DNA from: Acidobacteriota bacterium
Lineage (GTDB): Bacteria > Acidobacteriota > Blastocatellia > RBC074
DNA: 59,622 bases
Assembly (NCBI GenBank): GCA_031414155.1
Contig: JANNUY010000037.1
Location: forward strand, 1-59,622
Direction of reading: 5' to 3'
Part shown: positions 1 through 8,422 of the stretch, in pieces
How the letters are laid out: each line of letters opens with the position of its first letter
How positions within the stretch are numbered: position 1 is the first letter of the stretch
Program-made: the position numbers and the translations under genes
The notes under the pieces: generated by a model
Databases searched by the model: none
The model's input: only the letters and a program-made list of their open reading frames with translations
What the model was told of the DNA's origin: nothing

Positions 1-599
1 CGAAATTCGCCGCGTGGTGCGCGGGCGCAACGGGCTATCCGATGATTGACGCCTGTATGCGCAGCCTGCGCGCGACGGGCTGGTTGAATTTCAGAATGCG
101 TTCGATGCTGGTGGCGTTTGCGGCTTACGACTTGTGGCTGCACTGGCGCGAACCATCGTTGTTTCTGGCGCGGCAGTTTCTTGATTACGAGCCAGGCATT
201 CATTACTCGCAAATGCAGATGCAAGCGGGCACGGCGGGTCACGCGACGATTCGTTTATACAACCCTATCAAGCAAGGGCAGGATCACGACCCGCAAGGCA
301 CGTTTATTCGCCGCTGGCTGCCTGAACTCGAACGCGTACCGACTTCATTCATTCACGCGCCGTGGCTGTTGCCGTCGGCACAGCAAGCCGCGCTCGGTTG
401 CGTGATCGGTAAAGATTATCCCGCGCCCGTCGTCAATCACGACGAAGCCGTCACCCGCGCGCGCCAACGCATCGCCGCCTTTCGCCGCAATCCTGATCTG
501 AAAAAAGAAGTCGCTCACGTATTCGCCAAACACGGCAGCCGCCGCCGAACCTCACCGCAACAGCCCGCCGTGTCAGAGCGTCAGTTACGCTTGTTTTAA
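1..599 (+). CDS. Cryptochrome/photolyase-family protein, C-terminal FAD-binding domain (5' end outside window)
   Basis: The frame of ORF 42..599 stays open back to nt 3. The translation KFAAWCAGATGYPMIDACMRSLRATGWLNFRMRS...WREP...YNPIKQGQDHDPQGTFIRRWLPEL matches the TGYP-IDA-MR-L-TGW and NP-Q-DP-G-IR-WLPEL signatures of photolyase FAD domains. TAA stop at 597..599. Confidence 0.85.
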   Translation, partial: KFAAWCAGATGYPMIDACMRSLRATGWLNFRMRSMLVAFAAYDLWLHWREPSLFLARQFLDYEPGIHYSQMQMQAGTAGHATIRLYNPIKQGQDHDPQGTFIRRWLPELERVPTSFIHAPWLLPSAQQAALGCVIGKDYPAPVVNHDEAVTRARQRIAAFRRNPDLKKEVAHVFAKHGSRRRTSPQQPAVSERQLRLF

Positions 600-605
600 T
601 CACCG

Positions 606-3600
606 CTAAGGTTTGCCGTCCCAATTGCCTGCGACGGGCAGGTCACCGGCTTGGCCGAAATTCACGGTGAAGGCTTCGCTGGCTTTGAAGCTCTGAAAGC
701 GATTCGTCAGCGTAAACACGCCGTTCTTGAATATGCCGAACGTGTCTGCGCCGTCGCCGTTCCAATCGCCTGCGACGGGCAGATCATCTGATGCACCGAA
801 AAACCCTACCTGAAAGGCTTCGAGCGGATTGAAATCTGCCAGGCGATTGGTGAACAACCAGCTTCCGAGAGGAAAAATGCCGACCGTGTCGAATCCGTCG
901 CCGTCCCAATCACCCGCCACCGGCAAGTCGCCCGTGACACCGAAAGCAAACGTCGCATCCGCCGGTGGCGCAGAGCCGTTGACGTTTTGACCGTTGATGC
1001 CATTCGTCACGACAAACAGTCCTGCACGAAAGACGCCGGGCGTATCAATCCCGTCGCCGTTCCAGTCGCCTGCTATCGGCAAATCATTCGACTGACCGAA
1101 CACAATCGTTCGGGTAATCGCCTGACATTGCGGCACGCCGCAACCAGGCACGCCAGGCCGCAAGATCAGCGTGAACTGTCCGACCGAAGGGCGAAAGAAG
1201 CCTGTGTCATCATCGCCGTCACCATCCCAATCGCCTGCCACAGGAATCGCGTCGGAGACAAAATTAAAGTTCACCGTTTGGTCAGCCGCGCCCGTCGTAT
1301 TGGAATTGCGCAGAAAAAAATCGGTGAGTGCAGGCCGAAAGACGCCTATCGTTTGGGCAAAGCTCGGACTGAATTTGGCAATGAAGCCATCGGCAGTTCC
1401 GCCTTGAAACGTCCCCTGAAAAGCGCCCGACGTAACCGTCAGATTGCCGTTCGTGTTCCCCGCCAGATAGACATTGCCTTTCGGGTCGAGCGCGACTCCG
1501 CCCGTCGCAAAGGTGTTGGTTCCGCCAAAGGTTGTTGAGTAAAGCAATTTCGCCGGGGCCGTCGCAGAAACCGTATTTTCGATTTTTGCTAGAAAGCTCG
1601 AGCCAGCCAGATTGACCACCAACGGATTGGCCGTCAGAAAGCTCACGCCAGAATCCGTCGTGCCCGTCACATAGGTATTGTTGGCCTGATCAAGAGTAAT
1701 GCCCAGTCCCGTTTCGGCACCATCTCCCCCCAGATAGCTGCAATAAAACAGCGCCGTTCCATCCGCATTCAGCTTGGCAATAAATGCCTCTTTTTCGGCG
1801 AGCGTCGCCCTGAAAGCATTCTTGAGCGGAAAGCTGCTGGGAAAAGATGAGGTTTCACCAGTGATGTAAACGCGTTGTTGTGCGTCAACCGCAATGGCAT
1901 TGATCGCGTCAAGGCCATCGCCTCCAAGATAAGTCAGGTAAGTTAGCGAAGCGGCTCCGCTGGCTTCCGTATCAATCTTGGCGACAAAACCGTTTCCGAA
2001 TCCTTTGAGATTGCTTTGCAGCGGTGGCAATGATTGTCCGGCGGGGCTTTTCACTGGCAGGTCGTCAGAAAGCGTCGTTCCGGCAACATAAGCATTGCCC
2101 ACGTTGTCTACGGCGACATCAACATCAAGTCCGAGCGCGCCTTCAAGGTCGCTGCCGCCCAGAAAACTCGCATAAAGCAATGAACTGTTGCCGCTGAGCG
2201 CCGGATTAAACACCGCAATATAGGCATCCGAAAAAGCTAGGCTGGCGCGAGAATTCTGAAAGCCGTTTTTGGTGGGCAGATTGGAAACAGAAAAACCAGC
2301 GACATAGATTTTGCCAGCGGCATCCACCGCAATGGCTTGACCTCCGTCAGGCCCACCGCCACCGTAATAGCTGGAATAAACCAGGTTGTTACCAGCAGCA
2401 TTCAACACCGTTACGAATCCGTCCTGACCGCGACAATTCAAGATCAAACACGAGAGGAAAGTGCCGTTGCCCTGAAAGGCTCCATCCGTCGTGGGGAAAT
2501 CGGCTGTGCCGCGCGTCTCGGTAATTCCGGTCACGCAAGCCTGACCATTGCTCATGACAGCGATATCCGCACCACTATCGCTATTGCGGCTGCCCAGATA
2601 AGTGCAATACACAGTGTCGGTCCCGCTGGCGTTGAGCTTGAGTACGAAAGCATCTGCGTCAGCATCTTTAGGCAGGCTTTGAAAAGCCCCTTTGACCGGA
2701 AGATTCGCTGAAAAAGTGACGCCGGTTATGTAAGCGTTGCCCGCCGCATCCACAGCAACGGCGTTGGCGGCGTCACCCAGACTACCTCCAACGTAAGTCG
2801 CATAAAGCAGTCGCGGATCAATCACCAGCGGACGGCTCGCGTCATAAGCGCCCAATGCAAAACTCACTTCGCTCTTTTCGTTCAACACGTATTTGCCCGT
2901 CACCGTCTCGCGGCCTTGCGCGCCGTCTTGATAAATCACCGGCGCGTGCTGGATGAGTTCGCCCGCCAAAGTTTGCAACACCAGATTGCCCGCGTCATCA
3001 AGCCGCAGCGTTTCCGCACCTTCAAACACAAGTTTGATCTGACGGGCATCAGCGCCCGGTTGCACAATGAAATCGTATTCAAGCGTGCGCTGATTGCCGT
3101 ACCAAACCATGTCCACGCCCGGCCAGACTTCGCAATATTTCACCTGACGATAAGTCGGCACATCCGTCTGCCACTCGCGGCGATCATTGCCGATCAGGTA
3201 ATTGCTCTTGCCTGCGAGCGGGTCGAGCGCCTCGGCGACCGGCGCAACGTTCGCGCCTGCGAGTTTGAGTTTCAACCAACCGCGCCAAGATTTCTTTTTG
3301 TCTTTACGGCTCAACGCCAACGTAGCCTCACCGCCCGACAAATAAAGCGAATAACCATCGCCCCGCGACAAGTATTCAACCGATTCGTCGGCTTGCCCGC
3401 GATTGGGCTCAAAGGCCAGCGGCAATTTGCCGTAAGTTTCGCCGTAATTTTTAATGATGCGCGCTTTCGCCTCAGCCTCAGTCACGCCGCTCGCCTGCGC
3501 CTGGGGCACGCGCGACCATCGTGCCAGTCCGCCAATTCCGACCAACAACGTAACTATCAATGCCGTTCCGATTAAGGGTTTGCGTCTTTTCGCCAACCTG

Positions 3601-3617
3601 TTCATGAGCTTGCTCAT
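606..3617 (-). CDS. Secreted SBBP-type beta-propeller repeat protein with C-terminal FG-GAP/VCBS-like repeats
   Basis: ORF 606..3689. I moved the start to ATG 3617 (MSKLMNRLAKRRKPLIGTALIVTLLVGIGG, a signal anchor). It has a PLAFEPNRGQAD N-terminal motif and many Y-x-[ST]-Y-L-G-G...A[VI]D..GN.Y[VI].G repeats. Five C-terminal DLP[VI]AG[DN]W[DN]GDG.D..G[IVF]F repeats are present. Confidence 0.85.
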   Translation of the reverse strand: MSKLMNRLAKRRKPLIGTALIVTLLVGIGGLARWSRVPQAQASGVTEAEAKARIIKNYGETYGKLPLAFEPNRGQADESVEYLSRGDGYSLYLSGGEATLALSRKDKKKSWRGWLKLKLAGANVAPVAEALDPLAGKSNYLIGNDRREWQTDVPTYRQVKYCEVWPGVDMVWYGNQRTLEYDFIVQPGADARQIKLVFEGAETLRLDDAGNLVLQTLAGELIQHAPVIYQDGAQGRETVTGKYVLNEKSEVSFALGAYDASRPLVIDPRLLYATYVGGSLGDAANAVAVDAAGNAYITGVTFSANLPVKGAFQSLPKDADADAFVLKLNASGTDTVYCTYLGSRNSDSGADIAVMSNGQACVTGITETRGTADFPTTDGAFQGNGTFLSCLILNCRGQDGFVTVLNAAGNNLVYSSYYGGGGPDGGQAIAVDAAGKIYVAGFSVSNLPTKNGFQNSRASLAFSDAYIAVFNPALSGNSSLLYASFLGGSDLEGALGLDVDVAVDNVGNAYVAGTTLSDDLPVKSPAGQSLPPLQSNLKGFGNGFVAKIDTEASGAASLTYLTYLGGDGLDAINAIAVDAQQRVYITGETSSFPSSFPLKNAFRATLAEKEAFIAKLNADGTALFYCSYLGGDGAETGLGITLDQANNTYVTGTTDSGVSFLTANPLVVNLAGSSFLAKIENTVSATAPAKLLYSTTFGGTNTFATGGVALDPKGNVYLAGNTNGNLTVTSGAFQGTFQGGTADGFIAKFSPSFAQTIGVFRPALTDFFLRNSNTTGAADQTVNFNFVSDAIPVAGDWDGDGDDDTGFFRPSVGQFTLILRPGVPGCGVPQCQAITRTIVFGQSNDLPIAGDWNGDGIDTPGVFRAGLFVVTNGINGQNVNGSAPPADATFAFGVTGDLPVAGDWDGDGFDTVGIFPLGSWLFTNRLADFNPLEAFQVGFFGASDDLPVAGDWNGDGADTFGIFKNGVFTLTNRFQSFKASEAFTVNFGQAGDLPVAGNWDGKP

Positions 3618-3804
3618 TGCCCTGTTCCGCCTTTCTGGAAGTGTCTGGTAAAGAATGAAAGTGATTTGCGACAGACAGAACATAGGCAACCTTGTCAGAG
3701 AAGTCTTAAAGGCGTTTTGAATTCTTTGTGAAAGATTTCTAAAGGCTCACAACTCAGCTACGCTCAAGCTCTTTTCTTCTTTGCGGCTTTGCGTGAGCGA
3801 CTGG

Positions 3805-5340
3805 CTAAACAGGTAACAAGGCAGGTTCGGCTAAGCGTATGAGCGCGGCGCTGAGTTCGCGCTGAAAAGGCCCGCACAGGTGCGTGAGGTCAATTGTTGG
3901 CATGTCATCACGTAACTGACGATAAAAAGTAATGGCTCCCAAAGCGCGCCCATCCTCATCGTTGAGCGGTACGCGCAATTGCCAATGTTGTTGCAGCGAA
4001 TCCGGTGTGGGAGTTACCTCGTCAGCCAAGGGGTTGCGCCACAACCACACCAATCGTTGAGAATTATCAGGCAAACTAAATGACAGCGGAGGAGCGTCGA
4101 GCGAAATATCTTTTGTTACTTCCAGCGTGACCAAGTCGAATTCTTTCGTCGTCAGCATCGTTTCCAGCGCCGCAAAAAAATCCGACGACGTCTCAGCGTT
4201 CGCCAGGCTGTTATAACTGCGCCTGACGCCAACGTTCACCGCCAACGCGCGCCGTGTGCGGCTAACACCCTGCTTGATCTGACTGCCCAATTCGCTGAAC
4301 TCGGCGTAACGCAAATGCTGCACGCCGTAAATCAAGCCAATGCCCAGAATAAAAAAAACCAGCGCGCCTAATTCACGCTTCGGGTTAAGTAACATAAGCC
4401 CGAATAACGCAAACACCGCACTCACCGCGTAAAGCGCAATGACGACTTGTCGCTGCGACAAACCTCTTTCGAGCAACACGTGATGAATGTGCCTGCGATC
4501 TCCGGCAAAAATCGGCTTGCCACTCAAAAAGCGCCGCACAATAGACAACCCGACTTCCATTAACGGCAACCCGAACGAAATTAACGGAATTGCCACGGCC
4601 ACCAATGTTGTGCCTTTTTGCGAACCGGCCAACGACAACACCGCCGCCATAAATCCCAAAAACAACGCTCCGCAATCGCCTAAAAAAATTGTCGCCGGAT
4701 TAAAGTTGTAACGTAAAAATCCGATCACTGCGCCGATCAAAATCACCGCCAACAAGCTAATTTCCGGCTGGCCTTGCACAACCGAGAACACCAGAATTGA
4801 AGTCAGCGCAAACACCGAAGCCCCCGCCGTCAAGCCATCAATACCGTCAATTAAATTAAAGGCATTGGTAATGCTCAAAATCCACAGAGCCGTGGCTGGA
4901 AAATTCAACAACGTCGGCAACTGCCAAAATCCACCCGGCGTAGACAACACGTTAATTCGATAGCCGCTGGCATAAACCAAACTGGCTGCGCATAACTGAA
5001 CCGCGAATTTCAACGTCGCACTGGCATTCTTAAAATCGTCGTAAACTCCCAGCGCAAAAACCAGCGTCGCCGGAGCTAACAGTCCGAATAACAAAAGCGG
5101 CAAATCCTGCCTGAAATTGCGGCTGACTAAATTACCTAAAAATGGAACGCAACAAAGCGTCAGAATAAAAGCGAGGTAAATAGCTACGCCACCGAATTGC
5201 GGCGTCGGTTGAGAATGAATGCGCCGCTCACGATCAGGAATCGCCATCGCCCCCCACGCAATCGCCCAACGGCGCACAAAAGGCGTCAATAACAACGTGA
5301 GCAAAAAAGCCAGTCCGAATAAAATTACGTAAGAACGCAT
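3805..5340 (-). CDS. WecA/MraY-family polyprenyl-phosphate HexNAc-1-phosphate transferase (initiating GT) with a ~170-aa C-terminal soluble extension
   Basis: Polytopic membrane protein with GVYDDFK and NAFNLIDGIDGL motifs typical of the MraY/WecA family. Residues ~341-511 (nt 3808-4320) lie beyond the last TM segment. Confidence 0.85.
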   Translation of the reverse strand: MRSYVILFGLAFLLTLLLTPFVRRWAIAWGAMAIPDRERRIHSQPTPQFGGVAIYLAFILTLCCVPFLGNLVSRNFRQDLPLLLFGLLAPATLVFALGVYDDFKNASATLKFAVQLCAASLVYASGYRINVLSTPGGFWQLPTLLNFPATALWILSITNAFNLIDGIDGLTAGASVFALTSILVFSVVQGQPEISLLAVILIGAVIGFLRYNFNPATIFLGDCGALFLGFMAAVLSLAGSQKGTTLVAVAIPLISFGLPLMEVGLSIVRRFLSGKPIFAGDRRHIHHVLLERGLSQRQVVIALYAVSAVFALFGLMLLNPKRELGALVFFILGIGLIYGVQHLRYAEFSELGSQIKQGVSRTRRALAVNVGVRRSYNSLANAETSSDFFAALETMLTTKEFDLVTLEVTKDISLDAPPLSFSLPDNSQRLVWLWRNPLADEVTPTPDSLQQHWQLRVPLNDEDGRALGAITFYRQLRDDMPTIDLTHLCGPFQRELSAALIRLAEPALLPV

Positions 5341-5347
5341 AGCTAAA

Positions 5348-6616
5348 CTATTGCATCAAAGAAGACGACACCGCATCACCATCGGCCAACATCGCCAACG
5401 GCGAGAAACGCTCTTGCAACGCCGCGACATAACGCTGTGCTAATTTTTCCCGTAAGTAATGCGCCAATACAAACGCCTTGCCTTGCTCTCCCAACTGCCG
5501 CCGTAATGGTTCATCATCGCGTAACTGCTCAATCGCCTTGACCCACGCCGTTACACTATCCGGCTCGATACACAAACCGCCTCGCGCGCGTTCGACCAAT
5601 TGCGCCGCTTCACCCACCACGTTGCAAATCAGCGGAACACCGTTCCCCATTAACTCGAATAACTTGGAAGGCAGCACTTTTTGAAACAACGGTAAATTTC
5701 TGAGCGGAACCAGACTCACATCACTGGCGCGATAAAAAGCCAACAAGCGATCACGCGGTTGCTGGTCAATAAACCTGGCATTGGTTAAATTCATCGCCGT
5801 TGCTTCGGCCTTGAGTCGAGCCTTTTCGGCGCCTTCGCCGACGAATAAAAAAGCAACTTGCGGTAACTTAACCGCAGCCTGCAAGATTTCTTCCAGCCCG
5901 TGAGACATCCCATGCGTGCCGATATACGAAACAATAAAATTGCCTTGCAAGCCTAGCTCTTCCCGCAATTTTGCCGGCGCAAGACTCGGCGTAGCTAAAT
6001 ATCCCGCATAAATGCCATTAGGAATCACGACGATTTTTTCCCGCGCAATTCCCTTCTCCAACAAATAAGGCGTGGTTGATTCCGCCACTGGTATAATCAA
6101 AGCCGCGCGGCGATAAAGGAATAACTCAATCGCTTCGAGTGCGGCAATTACATATCGGTTCCGCAAAACGCCCAACTCAATCGCCGATTGCGGCCAGATG
6201 TCACGTACTTCAAACACAAAAGGCGCTCGTTTCAACACGCTGAATAAATAAGCCGCCACCGCGCAAAAAAATTGCGGCGAAGTCCCAACCACTACGTCTG
6301 GCCTGCGCGTAAATAAACTCCCCAACGACAAAGACGAAACAAAAAAAGATAGAAAATTCAGCACCCGCTTAACAAAACCTTTATTCGGCGCGACATATAA
6401 CCAGGTGCGCAACAGCGCAACGCCATTCACCATTTCGCGCCGCATCCAAACGCCTCGATACTCAGGACGAATCACGCCCGTCGGATGATTCGGCATTCCC
6501 GTGATGACCGTCACCTCATGCCCCGCCGCCGCCCAATGCTGCGCATGATCCGCTGTGCGCGCCGCTGGCGCCCCCATTTCAGGTGGATAGTATTGGCAAA
6601 AAAACGTAATTCGCAT
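5348..6616 (-). CDS. GT4 (GT-B) glycosyltransferase, WcaI-like
   Basis: N-terminus MRITFFCQYYPPEMGAPAARTADHAQHWAAAGHEVTVITGMPNHPTG is typical of WcaI-type GT4 enzymes. A C-terminal E-x7-E-like region (LFELMGNGVPLI) is present. Confidence 0.8.
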   Translation of the reverse strand: MRITFFCQYYPPEMGAPAARTADHAQHWAAAGHEVTVITGMPNHPTGVIRPEYRGVWMRREMVNGVALLRTWLYVAPNKGFVKRVLNFLSFFVSSLSLGSLFTRRPDVVVGTSPQFFCAVAAYLFSVLKRAPFVFEVRDIWPQSAIELGVLRNRYVIAALEAIELFLYRRAALIIPVAESTTPYLLEKGIAREKIVVIPNGIYAGYLATPSLAPAKLREELGLQGNFIVSYIGTHGMSHGLEEILQAAVKLPQVAFLFVGEGAEKARLKAEATAMNLTNARFIDQQPRDRLLAFYRASDVSLVPLRNLPLFQKVLPSKLFELMGNGVPLICNVVGEAAQLVERARGGLCIEPDSVTAWVKAIEQLRDDEPLRRQLGEQGKAFVLAHYLREKLAQRYVAALQERFSPLAMLADGDAVSSSLMQ

Positions 6617-6619
6617 TGC

Positions 6620-8419
6620 TTATTGACCAGGTTTAATTCGATAACCGATAACTTGCGGATTGTCGCCTTGTCTCAACACACAACTCAACACGATCACCGA
6701 ACTCGGCATCGCAACCCCAAACTCAGGAAACCACCAACCTTGCGCCTGTGGCGGCGAGACGCCCGCGACTAACTCAAGCGTAACCTCGCCGAAAGGCTCA
6801 ATCACGATTTTCCCGGTCGGCGTTTCACACCAAAAGCTATTTCCCGCTCGCGTCACGCTAACTGCTGGATGCAGGTGAATAAAACTTTTCGCAACGTGCC
6901 CTGTGTCTTTAACTTTGCGCAACCAGAGTTGATCTTTCACCTCCCATTCACCGCCAGAAAATCGCCTCAAACTACGCAAATGCCGTAATCCATTAGCCCC
7001 ATAACCCTCCACTTCGCCCTCAAAACGCCATCCGTCGGCATTCTCAACGGCTTCCGCACGCAACACTTGTGCTCGACGTGCCATCCGAAACGTTCCCCAG
7101 ACTTCCGATTGCTCTACGTCATCAACCATCACGGTGTTATGCGCGCGCGTCGAACGGCAATACTCCCGAAACTCGTCGCCACCATAGCCGTGTACGCCCG
7201 AATCAACCACCAACGGCCCTCCGTTCATCCACAACTCATAACTCAGCACGTCGCAATGCGCGTGCGCCGTGTTATACGCCGCTGACGGCTCGCCCGCGTC
7301 AACCAAAATCTTTTCACGCTGATCTGCTGACTGCCACACGTAATAACCGCTGTCAGGAAAATTAACCGTTGAGCTACTCACTTTTTCACCACAAACTCGG
7401 CTCACAACATCAAGCAAAGGCAGCGGGCGCGTCTCAAAAGCTTTGGCCGAGTCATTAAATAAAGCGAGTGAACCATCAGCATAACTCAAAGCTGCCAGAT
7501 GACGCGCCATCTGAACCAACTGGTCACGCATACTTTCCGTGGCGCTCGACCGCCCAAATGCTTTTAGCAACGCATAACATTCCAGCGCATCACCTAACGT
7601 CTGGGCGTGATACATCGGGGCGCGCTCGTAATGCCCGCCGTCTGGCAAAACCTGTTCTGCCAACTCGCGTGCTAGCTCGTTCTCTCCTACAGCTAGCCAC
7701 TGCTGTCCGCGCTCTGTGTGAGCGAAAAACAGCCCGCCAATAACTAGGGCTTTTATATTTTTGAAAAGATGATTAGCCAGCAAATGCTTTTCTAAATGGT
7801 AGCTCAAAAAATCCAATTGCTGAAAAATACTCGTTCGCCAGCGAGCCTGAAATGCCGGGTCGCTCTCGCTTTCGACAGCCAATGCGTACGCGTAAATCCA
7901 ATTCACCGTCCGCATCGAAAGCGGATAAGCATCCCATCCATCGCTGATACCAATTCGCGCCGTTGCCATCCAGCTTTCAATTAACTCAACAGCGCGCCCT
8001 CTCGCCTCATCCTTTCCTTTTTTAGCCGAGGCGCGCATTAACCAAACGATATAATCCTGATAATGAAGCTGATAATTCCACAAATGACTAACATAACGCA
8101 CGTTCCAATCAGGCTTGGCTATTTTTTTTGCCTGATTAAGAAAGCGAAACTCGCCGCGTTTTAGTTGTTCAAGCTGGGCTTCTGCCTCTGCCGCTGGTTT
8201 ATTCCAATGAGAAAACTTTGTTTCAAAAACCTGACGAAATAGAGATAACGTCTGGGCGGGAAAATCAGAAACAGACCGGTCAAGCCTCGTCCAATTTCTG
8301 GTGATGAAAGGGAACGTGCGATAACTTCGATATTGCAACAAACGCAAAGGCCGATAGACGAGTTGCTCCCAACGCAAATAAGGAAGCGTACGGCCAATCA
8401 ACACAAGTCGAGTAAGCAT
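6620..8419 (-). CDS. Heparinase II/III-like family protein (no signal peptide seen)
   Basis: 599 aa. N-terminal LPYLRWEQLVYRP motif and a central alpha/alpha toroid-like region followed by HAHCDVLSYEL...HNTV motifs, as in heparinase II/III-like proteins of polysaccharide loci. Confidence 0.7.
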   Translation of the reverse strand: MLTRLVLIGRTLPYLRWEQLVYRPLRLLQYRSYRTFPFITRNWTRLDRSVSDFPAQTLSLFRQVFETKFSHWNKPAAEAEAQLEQLKRGEFRFLNQAKKIAKPDWNVRYVSHLWNYQLHYQDYIVWLMRASAKKGKDEARGRAVELIESWMATARIGISDGWDAYPLSMRTVNWIYAYALAVESESDPAFQARWRTSIFQQLDFLSYHLEKHLLANHLFKNIKALVIGGLFFAHTERGQQWLAVGENELARELAEQVLPDGGHYERAPMYHAQTLGDALECYALLKAFGRSSATESMRDQLVQMARHLAALSYADGSLALFNDSAKAFETRPLPLLDVVSRVCGEKVSSSTVNFPDSGYYVWQSADQREKILVDAGEPSAAYNTAHAHCDVLSYELWMNGGPLVVDSGVHGYGGDEFREYCRSTRAHNTVMVDDVEQSEVWGTFRMARRAQVLRAEAVENADGWRFEGEVEGYGANGLRHLRSLRRFSGGEWEVKDQLWLRKVKDTGHVAKSFIHLHPAVSVTRAGNSFWCETPTGKIVIEPFGEVTLELVAGVSPPQAQGWWFPEFGVAMPSSVIVLSCVLRQGDNPQVIGYRIKPGQ

Positions 8420-8422
8420 CGC

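Noticed and set aside
3618-3689. N-terminal extensions of the longest-ORF calls: 3618-3689, 28917-28958, 32606-32719, 33911-33952, 38660-38731, 48734-48748, 51658-51672, 51920-51985, 55164-55262 and 55186-55248.
   Set aside because: The track starts at the first ATG, GTG or TTG. Internal ATGs give proper signal peptides, the obligatory Met-Cys of AsnB enzymes, SD sequences at the right spacing, or avoid overlap with divergent neighbours.
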